This document shows positions 13,268-24,904 of a stretch of 64,000 bases of DNA, in pieces. A model generated the notes under the pieces. The model was not told the origin of the DNA. It made no database searches and saw nothing but the letters and a program-made list of their open reading frames with translations. The translations under genes and the position numbers were made by a program. How positions within the stretch are numbered: the stretch's first letter is position 1; the number at the start of each line of letters is the position of its first letter. The stretch spans positions 310,001-374,000 of the forward strand of contig MU053810.1 of assembly GCA_013239625.1 (NCBI GenBank), in the 5' to 3' direction. This DNA comes from Lama guanicoe (lineage: Eukaryota).

Positions 13268-15764
13268 CTACCAAAATGTGAGTAATTGTAATAGTGGGAG
13301 CAATTCTTGGCCTTACCGGGGCTTTTTTATCCAGCCACACTCCCGACCAAACTTCTTTATGCGAAGAAAGACATAGGTAACTAGGAGCTCTTGCAAAGGG
13401 GACACAGGGATGTCCACGCAGCTGTGGCTGCCTCCCAGTGCCACCTGCCACCCTGAAGTCACTTGAAAGCAACAGGAATGCTCCAGAAAGGTTCCCGCAG
13501 GAAAGACTGCGTTGTCCACCTGAAGTTGTCCGTACCCCCGCCCCCAAGGAGACGAGGAGGTACTACTAAAATTTCTGGATTCTTCCCAGGTCCTTTCATT
13601 GCCAAGACCATTTCAGAGCACTTCACAAACCTGCAATTAATTCTCACAGACCGGTAAGGGTGTACTTACCGTGTGCGTCCGTGCGACGCATGGCATTGAC
13701 ACAGGTTAATTAATTGGTAGGGCTGCCCACGCCTTCGGTTAAGCAGCTTGCCCCTTTTTTTCTAAACCAAACAAACACACGAAAACACACATGATACCCT
13801 GAGCTGGGGAGACCTTTCTGTCTGAAGGTGCAAATCTAATTCCGCAAAGCCAGAGCGCCAAGCTGAAAGTGTAGCCAGGACACTTGGGGCCAGAGATCCC
13901 ATTTCTCCAAGGAAGGGGTCGGCGAGCCCCAGTGCCTTGGTGGCCCCCTGGCCCCCACCTGCCACCTCCTCTATTTCCAGCAGACAAGGCCTGGGTGCTG
14001 CTCTCGGCCCGGAGCACAGCGTCCCTAGCAACTCAGACAAAACTAGACCTCTCCGCGGCCCCCTCCAGACCTCAGAAACCTGGGCTTTGTGTACACCGGC
14101 CAAGGAAAACCGCCGAGTCATTCTCTGTCCTAGACTTTCAGGAACAGCCCTTATTTCCTCAGAGAGACACTTAGCACAGCTTCTAAATAGTTATGACCAG
14201 AGTCAAACTCTCCTGCATCAAAAGAAACCACCAGAAGGACCTCTGTCATCCGCATACCGGTGCCTCAGGGCTTTGCTTCTCAGCCAACATCAAAGAGACG
14301 CATGCCTAAGCCAGGAGAGGGGGCTTTTCTCTCCCTCTCCTTTGCGATCAGAGGGATATGCATCTTTCTGGGGCCAATGGAAGACCAATACACATATTTT
14401 AAATCCTTCTCAGTGAGAGGAATTCACTCCACTCAGTGCAATTATCCGTGAGTCTTCGGTGCAAATGTTTCCTCCCAAAACACGAACTCTCGCGAGAGAA
14501 GTCTATCGGTGAGGTCCATGTCTAATTATAGAAATCCGAGGGGCAGAAGACCGGCACTGCATGAAAGAACCACGTGGGATACGTCAGAGCAAAGCTCTTC
14601 TGCCCAAATCCACAACCGCTGGCCACGTAGGAGTCTCCCCCCACCCGCCTCGCCCAGACAGAAACCTTCCAGATTCAGCCAGAACAGCGATTATGAAATA
14701 TAAATACACCACAACCCAGGACAGATTTATTGCCGAGTGATAAATGGGATCAGATATTCCCAGTAGCCTCTGGTCACTGCCAATGGCTTTGGTCCCCAAA
14801 AAACCCAATTCATAACAACTTCAGGGAATCTGCAGCCCGGGAGCTGTCCCTCCCGCTCACGTCTGTCTCAGGGAGGGACCGGGGTGATTATCCTCCCAGT
14901 GAGGGTTCTCAGATGGAAGGAACTGTGGAGGATGGCTACACACGTGCTCCCTTTCACTGTCCTCCGGGAAGCGGAACAGGATCTGTGCTAGCGACAAGGA
15001 GGGTCAGTGAGGAGACACCAGGATCCCAGCACCAAAGGTGACTGTATGTCACGGATCCCATGCTTCCATCTCCAGTGTCCCTATTTGCCACTTGGGTCCC
15101 TGATGCTGATGACATCACAGCGGTTTCTCTCCTGGCTCTGTTGGCTTTACTGTGTCTCTTTTCCAAAAGGTGGGGAAGCCAGAGCTTGGGCTGAGGACTG
15201 CAGACACTTCTCCCCCTCTCTATCCCCTCACCCTACTCTGGGTCCCACTCTGGGTCCACCGTGCTCCTTCCTCTTCAGAATCTGTGCAGATGGTAACAGA
15301 CTCCGGCCAAGGCAGAGGAGGTCCTCTGCAGGGCTGAGCTGCCAGGAGCCCATAATCTAAAATGGGGGCCATTCCCTCCCAGGAACAGAGTGAGCAGTGT
15401 GGTTTCCATGTGAATCAACCCCTGGGCCCACGACAGTGCGGAGAGGACTAGAGGTCTCCCTCAGAGCCAGTGCTGGCGGACGGCTGCAGGGGGCTGAGGC
15501 CAAGGTGAGACGTGGTGTTCCCGGATTGAGGGTTTCTCTGCCTTTGTCCCTGATGTCGGGGAGGGATGGACAATCCGTGAGCCCATGGTGGGAGCAGGAC
15601 AACGGAACAAGCATGGGGAGCAAGGCCCCTCGTGACTCCAGGGGCCTCCATCAACAGTTGCTGAGTACAATCACAAAGCCAAGGACACGCTGCCATCCTA
15701 TCAGAATGAAAGTCGGCCTGCAGTTACACTTCTGTGCATCTGCCTGCAGAATCACACGCCGGGA

Positions 15765-16428
15765 CTCCTTCAGTACTTGCACACCCGTGTCCATGGCAAC
15801 GTTATTCACAACAGCCAAAATGTGGGGACAATGTGGATATCCACCGACGGATGAAAGGATAAACAAAATGTGGTCAAAACATACAACGAAACATTACTCA
15901 GCATAAAAAGGAATGGAATTCTGACACAGGCTACAAGCCGGGTGAACCTTGAAGAAGACATTATGCTCCATGAAATCGGCCACAATCAAGAGATAAATAC
16001 TATACAATTCCACTTGTATGACAATTTATCTGGGGGGGGGCTAGGCTTATTTATTTATTTGTTTGCTTATTTAATTGGAGGTCCTGGGGAATGAACCCAG
16101 GACCTTGTGCACCCTACTACCGTGGTATACATCCTTCCCCCGTCCACTTCTATGAGACACTAGCACAGTCAAATTCATCGAGACACACAGTAGAAGGGTG
16201 GGTGCCCGGGGCTCGGGGAGGAGGGAATGGGGGAGTGACGGGGACACAGTTTCCGTCTAGGGAGATGAGAAAGTTCCTTGGGAGGTGAACAAAGGTTATG
16301 GATACACAACTGTGTGAATGCACTAATGCCCCTGAATTGCACACTTAAAAATGGTTTGAAACAGTACATTTTACACTAGGTATATTGTACCACCATTAAA
16401 AAATACATATAAATAAATAAAAATAAAA
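15765..16428 (+). mobile_element. Old L1 (L1MB-like) 3' region
   Basis: tgcacacccgtgtccatggcaacgttattcacaacagccaaaatgtgg...ggataaacaaaatgtggt...ctgaattgcacacttaaaaatggtt...A-rich tail. Confidence 0.8.
16031..16141 (-). mobile_element. Vic-1-type SINE nested in the L1
   Basis: ggggggggctaggcttatttatttatt...aattggaggtcctggggaatgaacccaggacc...tacatccttccccc. TSD tccacttgtatga (16009-16021) / tccacttctatga (16143-16155). Confidence 0.75.
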
Positions 16429-17066
16429 GTCTGTCTGGTTCTATTCAACGGCATTGTCTGGAGGTGGACATGTTGGAAAAATCTGATAAACGTTTTCAGT
16501 CATTAGTTCCCTAAAGGAGAAAGAAATCAGATGAGTGACTGGAGGGCCCCGGAGGTCGCGCACCACTTGACATTTACAAAGTGCTCTGGCCTGAATCAAC
16601 AAATCCAGTTCTTACAGCAACCTCAGAAGTATACAAGAAGTCACCGTCATCTCTGTTTTACAGAAACTGAGCTTCTGCAAAGAAAACAGAGGTTTCCTCA
16701 CCTTCCCAGGTGCTCTTCAAGGCACTGTGCTGGCTGATGCACAGCGTGGAAGGTGACAGTAAGGGAGGGTCAGACATTGCCTCTGGGGAGCGGTCATCCC
16801 TCCCGGAGAGTGCAAATCCACCTTGCTTCCTCCTTGAGCCAAACAACGTGCACTTATCCTGGCTTTAAGCTTTCCAAAGACAGAGCTCTCCGGTCCCCTG
16901 GGGGGGGGGGTATAAGGTTAGCGTAAACTGTTATTGTTCCTGCAGTAAACAGAAATCACTGGAAGACATCCCCCCTCTTCCAAGAAAGCTAATTAAAAAC
17001 ATCAGACGCAGAAACTCATGAATGAAGAGTTCAGGGCACTTTCTATGTAATTACACAAAAAAGTGA

Positions 17067-17087
17067 GTGTGTGTGTGTGTGTGTGTG
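17067..17087 (+). repeat. (TG)n microsatellite
   Basis: Perfect GT run. Confidence 0.95.
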
Positions 17088-17489
17088 GCGGGGAGTGGGA
17101 GGGAGGCCGGGGTGGAGAGGAAGGCTGGGAGGGGGTTGGTAGCAGGAGGGAAGGTAGCAAGAAAAATGATCTGAGAGCCAGGAAGCCTCCAGACAACCCA
17201 AGGAAGTAAATTCCTAGGAAGCTGGCAGGGACAGAGAGTCACCGAGTTTTAAAAATACAGGGAGGGCAAAGCAGGCTGCACCCCATGAGCTGTAAAATGC
17301 GAGCTCTGCGCATTTAAAACTGAACGGCAGAGCCTGCCAGCCAGAGTGAATCACACTTGCCTCTTGAAACTGCCGTCTGTGCGGTGGCGCTTGCTCCTGC
17401 CTGGCACCCCCAACCCCCTCCGCCATCTGACTTCTCCCCTCCTCACAGCTAGACTGGAACCTGAGGGCTGGGTCCCTGGGGAGGGGGAG

Positions 17490-18870
17490 TGAGGAGGGGG
17501 TCCCCAGTGCTAAATCCAGTGTCTTGCTGCTCATCCTACCGGTCTTTTTGTGTGACCTGATGGCCTGGGTCTCCTTCCTAAAACGCCCCTCTTCTTGGTT
17601 CTACGACAGTTCTCTCCTTCCACCTTTACATCCAGCTTCTCTCCACCTGCTCCCTTCTTCCCATCACACGTCAGTGGTCCCTGAGGTTTCACCCCTTCTT
17701 CATCCTATTCTCTGCTCCTCCTTCCCACTGAAAATCTGTGTTTCCAGTTTCCAACACCACCCATCTCCTCATGGCCCCTTAACTTTTATTTAATTTTAAC
17801 CTCCCTCATTTCATGCACAAAAATCTCACCTCTCCAGCTGAATCCCCTGGCCAGCCTCTCAAGAACACCATAACCAAAGTAAAAAACCAGTATTTTCATC
17901 CCAAAACTTCTTTCTCCTGTATACTCTTACTTCTGTGGATTCAGGAACCCAGCTCTAGAACCCTATCTCATTTCTCTCTCTCTTTCTCTCCACCCCCCCA
18001 CCCCATTTCCATCACCAAATACATTCAGGTCTTCTGCTAAAAAGATTCAGATGCCCACCTGGAAATCTTCCTGAAAGGACCTGCTTCAAGGTGGCAGAGT
18101 AGAAGGATGCCCACCTTCTCCCACAGACGTCTGAGTGCTCCTCCATTCTGACGTCACTGCTCTGCTTCAGGTTCCAGTTATTTCACTCAGGACAGCTTCT
18201 AGGACTCTCTCCTGGCCCCTCTGGCCCCAGCAAGTCTACCTCCCACCCACTATCTCCTATCTGCTACTGGAATTACTTTTCCAAAGCAAAGATGTGATTC
18301 GGTGGCTTCCTTACTTAAAACTTTGAGGTCTTAAGTCTACACAGGATAAAGTTTAAACTCCTTTGCAAGTTAACTGTGGCATTCAAAGCTCTCCCCAGCC
18401 TGACCCCAACTTTGCAGGCCCACCTGCCACGAGAGCCACCATCCCCAACACGAACACGCCCCACCACACACACATCGCCTCTGCCGACCACAGAGGTCAG
18501 CTAGCATTTCCCAGATACACCCATACCCTTCACACCACTGGCCTTGATTCAAGTCTGCCCACCTCCCCCCCTTCCTTGAATGCCATTCCTTTTTCTCACT
18601 GTTTGGCAAAATTCCATTTTTATTTTTAAAGGATCTAGCTGATATACTTCCCTAGCTTTGAAGGCTTTCTCAGTTGTCTTCCATGAGAGAGAACGAGGCC
18701 CACGTTCTCAGGCTCACAGGCTTGGCTTCCACCTTCACTACCCTACTTACACACGCCATTGTGGTCCTTTGTGAGCTTGCCTGCATGAGAGAAGTCCTAA
18801 GTCATTCTTTTCTGTGACTCCACTCCTAAGACTATTTGGCACCAACTGATGCCCAAGGCAGTTTTGATGA
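17490..18870 (+). mobile_element. L2 LINE fragment
   Basis: Long degenerate C/T-rich L2 3' region (tgctaaatccagtgtcttg...cttcttcc...gcattcaaagctctcccc...ccttgaatgccattcc). Confidence 0.6.
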
Positions 18871-21800
18871 GCATCATTATCTGAGGGCTCTCCTTGGGTT
18901 CTCCCCGTGTTGTAAATTCACAAAGTAAGTGATACACTCCAATGAATGTACAGTAAAATAATACTGTCTCTTTCTCCCTTTCTAATGTATTTTTCTAAAT
19001 TTCTATGCAAGCTTATGCAGAAAAATCCTCAAAGGTTTCTCTTGAAACATACAAATTCTTTGAGTCTTTCCAGATATATTTTAAACCGTACACTTACGTG
19101 CCTGAATGCTTAAGTAATCTTCTACAGTTGGATAATCCTGAGATTACTATTTGTGAATTTATGACAGGATATTTCTCCCCAGAAACCATCATCCTGGTTA
19201 AATAAGTAAAATTTGGTAGGAAAAAAGAGAGGGGAGATTTTTAGATGGATAAAAGGACTTTAGAAAATGAATAATCACAGGAAAATAAAAATTCTAGTGC
19301 TTTGAAAATAGAATTTTTTTCAAGTTGAGACAAGATATTTATGTGCTTTTTACAGAAAACTACTCCATTTTTAAAAACGCACAGTTTCATCTAAATTAAA
19401 TCTCTATGATGAAATACCAAAAAAAAAAAAATCAAACAAAAAATTCTTCTTGAAATGTTAAATATTTTCATCTCCTGAAGATAAGCCATCCAAATTACAA
19501 AAGCCGAATCCTTCCCCCTTTCCTTCCACATTTCAAAGCAAATCAAATCACCAGCCGGAGGCACCTTCCTCTGATTGTAAGCCAGGCGTCCAGGAGAAAA
19601 CAAACAATCTTTTGAGAGCCGAATTTCCAAGACTCAAGGGAAATGTCACATTTTCTATATTGTATATTCTAAACAATGACTTTTGCTTCTAACTTCATAA
19701 ATGATGGCCTGAAAAAGGCTGTTCTGTTTTTGCTTTATCTAGTCAGTTGTAAGAATGGAAACCTGGTGTGGTAAAGGAAACTCCCCACAACACAGACTAC
19801 GCCCGCCCGTCCGGCAAGAAGCCCACAGGAGGGGGTGCCCCCCCTACTCCGTCCTCCATGAGTGAAATGATTTGAACTCCAACTTACCAACGGAAGGGCA
19901 AGCAAAGTGGGACCGGGCTCCAGGAATTCCTGAGTTCCCTGAAAAAGCAGCACAAAATCCATGTGCACTGAGGATGTCTTGGCTAAAAACAGGCATTTAC
20001 AGGTTTTGTGAATTACAGCTAAACACTCACCTTCCAATTGTTAAGAGAATCCCTAGAGCCATTCAGAGACCCTTACCTCCAGATCTCATGCTGTATATTG
20101 GGACTGGAACTCAGAGCTAAGCCACGCCCAGAGATACGCTGGGTAACACACCTACTCACTATCACTTACGATCATCAAAAGCAACAAGAATCTAAGGAGT
20201 CTGCCTTCTGGATTTCTGTGATCTTTAACCTGCCGTTGTTAAGAACAAATATTGGTCCAAAAAGAGGAGCTGATGTGCTGGCCCCTCTAAGCACATGCAG
20301 TTTTAAAACAAACTCTTTGTTTGTTTTCGTCACAAACGGACACACACTTGTCTCCAACGACCTGCTGCGATCGGCACACTTTCTGTGCTCCCTAAATGTC
20401 CGTTCGATTAAACTGGAGAAACCTCAAAAAGATGTCTCTGATTTTCAACCAGAATCAGGAATTCCAGAGCTGTCGCTCTGATTCAAGACAGCACACTAAA
20501 CCAGTCACTTGGTAAAATTATATCAATCCCAAATTAGACCAAGAGATAATCAGACGGTGCTGAAAGCTCTGCCCTCTTAGCTTAGGGTCAGCTATTATTG
20601 GTCATTGCCTTCCCATGCTTCTGAATGATTCCACATACAAATCAGACTGATTGTGTTAATAACTTTATTAACATCGCCTCTAGCCTACTGCTGTTACTGC
20701 GACGTGCAATTGGAGAGACAGAGGTTACCCCAGGCCTTGGACCGTAAATTAAAATGTTCTTTTCCACTAAGCCTACTATTTTCCCCAATGTCAGGCCAGG
20801 ACAATATTCAAGGCTGATGGGGGGAAAAATGAAAAAGACTTAAGCAGCAGAAAATGAAGTTGGTAATATTTGGCTTCAGACAATAAAGAAACAGACAGAT
20901 GCCTTTGAGACCTACTGTTCCAGAGCAGAATCGATTCTTAAAATAGGAAAACCTGTCTGCTAACTCCAATGGTAGTCATACTGACCCCAGAAAACCCAAA
21001 TGGATAAAAACAGTCATGGAACCAGACAGTCTCAGGGTCTAAGAAACTCTCCAGGTGGAAATTAAGCCATTTTAGAAGTGGCATTAACTCTTTCTGGTAG
21101 AATCATCACTTACATATCTTCACTAATTCATATACCACTAATGACATTTTGTACTAATTCAGCCCACTGACCTAAAGAAAGCTACGTCCAATATGAATAA
21201 AACTCTGACAACCAAACAAAGCAAAAAAGAAAGTCGTCCTTTTACGCACTTCAAGAACAAATACGTGTGTGAAAACTGGCGTCCCATTTAGGTATGGCTT
21301 CTATTATTTAAAGTGTGTCTTCTCAAACAAATCTCTACTTGGCAATGACATAGTAAGTCATGTTAGTTTGTGTTGATGCTTGAACTAAAAGTAACAGAAA
21401 ATTTCTTTTAAAAAACAGTCTCAGGCCTTCATTAATACGGACCTGAGTCTCACCAACCAGTTCAAATCAGAGACATCTCCTTAATTCTAGGAAGTGACAC
21501 ATAGGAATTGGAAGGCTCCCACTAAAAATAGCTATCCTTTTCCACTCAGAAAACTCCTCTTCCTCTTCAGCTGGTAAATTCCATGATGAGTAGCCACCTT
21601 CCAGAACATCTTCGAGAACCATGATGAAACGTTCTTAAACACTCATCCGATTCGCCAGCCTGTAGCCTGGATCAATTCTCACTCCAAGTACATCGCGGTG
21701 TCTAAAACCACTGGAGCAGGTTATGACAATGCCTGTCACAGGGGAAGGCTTCAGAACTCCAGCCCCGTCACTGTGGGTGACATCTTGGGTTTCTTAAGGC

Positions 21801-22880
21801 TTTTCTCTGGTGCTAAATCATTACCACTAATTGCTTCACCGATCCAAATGCGGAAGAGAAATAAATTCCAAATGAATACATCCTGCCGGATTCTGAAAAA
21901 CACGCTTCATTTAATAGCACAAATTTCCCCTTCACTTCTCCACCGCGGTCCTGTATTTCATCTCTGCTCCTCTCCAGTCACTTGTGAAAGGTTTACTGGG
22001 AACCTGCGTGAGTCAGTCATTTTTTCTTAGCACATCACCAGGGAGTATTCATGGAAGCCTGGTTTCTGGAGGTGAAGGCAGAATAAAAGATTCAGTTCTT
22101 CTGGGGTTACAGCGTCTCCTTGGAGCCACAGCTAAAGGGCCAGCAACACTAAGAGGCACATAAAGTGTCCTTGTGGGCCATATATGCCTTTGTTGCAAGA
22201 ATACACTGGCAACAACTAGGATGAGAGGGGTAATGATTTGGATGAAACTAGAACTGCCACTATATTCCCAGCTTCCTCTGTCATTGGAGCAGACCTCCTA
22301 GATCAGCGGCCTTCACAGACCTCCCTCCAGGGGTGGCCTGTCCTGTCTCAGTCCTGTTCCTAATAGCAGGGAAGCCAGACCTAGTGACATCCATGTCCCT
22401 TCTCCTGCGACTGCTACGAAGCTCCAGCGTCCTCCTGATGCCAAATATACAGCCTCTGGAGGGGCTGGGGGACACCATGGTCAAGTGGTGAGCAAAACCT
22501 TAACCCCAAAGCTGGGGTGGGTATTCATGGTCAGTCCCAGCTGGCCAGCCCTCACATGGCCATTTCTACTCACTGGGACCCCCTGGTGGGCTCCAACTTC
22601 AAGCACTTTTAAGTTTATTTTAATTCTTGTTCAGGGGAGATGTATCAACAGGTAACTTGAAGGGAAACGCTCTGAAGCTCCAAACTAGCCAAACTCACAC
22701 ATCAAGGTGCTCTTTAATTAGTCTTTCAAGTAAAAAAATAGAGTCCTTAACAGCATAATAATTACTACATTAAAGGGACACTTGGCTATATCTACAGAAA
22801 GAAAATAGAAGGCCTGTTACAATCTGGTAAAAAATAAAATAAAAGTTTTAAATAGCAAAACATTAGAAATACCCTAAATA

Positions 22881-23485
22881 CTGACACACCTCGGAGATAT
22901 CACAGATTGGGTAATGAACGGAATACTGCAATAAAGTCAGATGATTTTTTTTTTCTGATTTCCCAGTGTGTACAAAAGTTGTGTTTACACTGTCCTGGAG
23001 TCTATTCAGTGTGCAAGAGCATTAGGCCTTTGGGGGGGGGGAGGGGAGTATTTAGGTTATTTATTTATTTAATGGAGGTCCAGGGGATTGAACTCAGGAC
23101 CTCGTGCATGCTAAGCACATGCTCTGCCACTGAGCTACACCCTCCCCTGCATCATGTCTTAAAAAACAATATGCATCCCTCAATTACAAGATACTTTATT
23201 GCTAAAAAATGCTAACCCTCGTCCGAGCCTTCAGCCAGTCAATAATAGTAACATCAAAGATCACTGATCACAGATCACCATAACAAACATAGTAACAGTG
23301 GAAACGTTTGAAATGTTGCGAGAATTCCCAAAATGTGATGCAAAGACGTGGAGCGAGCAAATGCTGTTGGAAGAATGGTACCAACGGACTTGGTCAACGC
23401 AGGGCTGCCACAAACCTTCAACTCATAAAAGAGGCAGTATCTGTAAGTGCCAAAAAGCGAAGTGCAACAAAATGAGGCCTGCCTG
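22881..23485 (-). mobile_element. Internally deleted Tigger1 derivative (non-autonomous TcMar element), copy 1
   Basis: TA|ctgacacacctcggagatat at one end and aaaatgaggcctgcctg at the other match the Tigger1 terminal inverted repeats. Internal gatcactgatcacagatcaccataac and agggctgccacaaaccttcaa are Tigger1 sequence. Confidence 0.85.
23030..23147 (-). mobile_element. Full-length Vic-1-type camelid SINE nested in the Tigger element
   Basis: Reverse complement: ggggagggtgtagctcagtggcagagcatgtgcttagcatgcacgaggtcctgagttcaatcccctggacctccattaaataaataaataacctaaatactcccctccccccccc. Degenerate TSD gcattaggcctt / gcatcatgtctt. Confidence 0.88.
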
Positions 23486-23499
23486 TGTGTGTCAATAGG

Positions 23500-23835
23500 G
23501 AGCTGATTAAGTATTACAACTGAAAAACACAATGGAATAGTATGCAGTCGTTGAAAATAATTAAGCAGATTTATGTGCGCTAATGTGGTGCTATCCCCAA
23601 GATATGCTGTTAAGTGAAAAAATAAAGGTGCCAAGCAAAGTGTCTACTGCGTTCCCGCTTGCAGAACACACACAGAGACACAGACACACAGACACACACA
23701 CACATACACAATCTCTCAGAAAACAGATACAAAACAAGTGACGGTGCTGCCTCCAGGGAGAGGCCTAAGAATGAGGCTGGTTGGGAGACTTACTTTTGAC
23801 CATTTTACTATGTACGGGCACTGTTTTTCCATTAA
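23500..23835 (+). mobile_element. Ancient L1 (L1ME-like) 3' fragment with a CA-rich repeat
   Basis: cacaatggaatagtatgcagtcgttgaaaa...ccccaagatatgctgttaagtgaaaaaa...gggagacttactttt. Confidence 0.6.
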
Positions 23836-24449
23836 AAGCTATTTAACAAGGTAGAGAAAATTTGGGGAAAATAGAGAATAATCAATAATCATCTATGCAA
23901 AATGACTAGCCAGCTAATTAAAGCCTTGTACTAGATGTTCTGGTTGGACCAACCAACCAGCTATATACCCTATTGACAAAATGTCAGTACCAATCCCATT
24001 ACAGAGCCAAGTTCGCCCTCATGCTGGATGGATAACCTGCCTAAAGAAGACTGGTGTGAACTGGTGACTCAGTCCTCTCAACTTGGCTCACCGTTAGTCT
24101 GGACACCTTCAATAATGCAGAAATTCAATAGCTCCTTGGAAAAAAACCTCCTCTTCATAGACAGCATTTATATATAACACTCGGAAGCTCATTCTGGGGG
24201 AAGGGGGATTGGAAATGAGCCCTGAAGGATGAGTATGTTTCAGGAGATATCAGGGAAGACGGAGGGAGGTCCAGAAAGGCAACTGGACAAAAGCAGAACA
24301 ATATGGCAGACGACATGCACGTGAGGGGGATGTGCCAGCAGAGGGTCATTTACTGTGCAGAGCACAGTGCAAAGGACATATTATATGTGTGCACATGTGT
24401 ATAAAGTTGTAAAACACACCACTTCTACTCACAAGTCTGCAGCAACCTT

Positions 24450-24904
24450 TGGTAGGTAGAATAATGGCCCCAAAGATGTCCACATCCTAATACCTGGAAC
24501 CTGTGAACATCAGCTTCACAGTGAATGAGACTCTGCAGCTGTGATTAGGGTCTTCAAATGGGGAGGGAACCCTGGATTATCCAGGAGGGTGCCTTATAAG
24601 AGGAAAGCAGGAGGGTCAGAATCAGAGAAAGAGATGGCACTCCAGAAGCAGGGGTCAGAGTGACATGTTGCAGAAGGGGGTCACTAGCGGGAGAACACAG
24701 GTAAGACTCCACAGCTCAGAAAGACAAGAGAGCAGGTTTTCCCCAAGACCCTCCAGAAGGAACGCAGCCCTGCAACATTTTTATTTCAGCCCTGTAAGAC
24801 CCACTTCGGAGCTTCTAACCAGAACTGGAAGATAATAGATTTGTTCTGCTTTAAGCCACTAAATGTGTGGTAATTTGTCACGATGGCAAAAGGGAACTAA
24901 TACA
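24450..24904 (+). mobile_element. MaLR LTR (MLT1C/D-like)
   Basis: tggtaggtagaataatggccccaaagatgtccacatcctaatacctggaacctgtgaa...cctccagaaggaacgcagccctgc...ttaagccactaaatgtgtggtaatttgt...aactaataca. Confidence 0.85.

Noticed and set aside
23070..23147. tRNA-like sequence with A and B boxes
   Set aside because: It is the head of a SINE, followed by the SINE tail and flanked by a TSD; not a tRNA gene.
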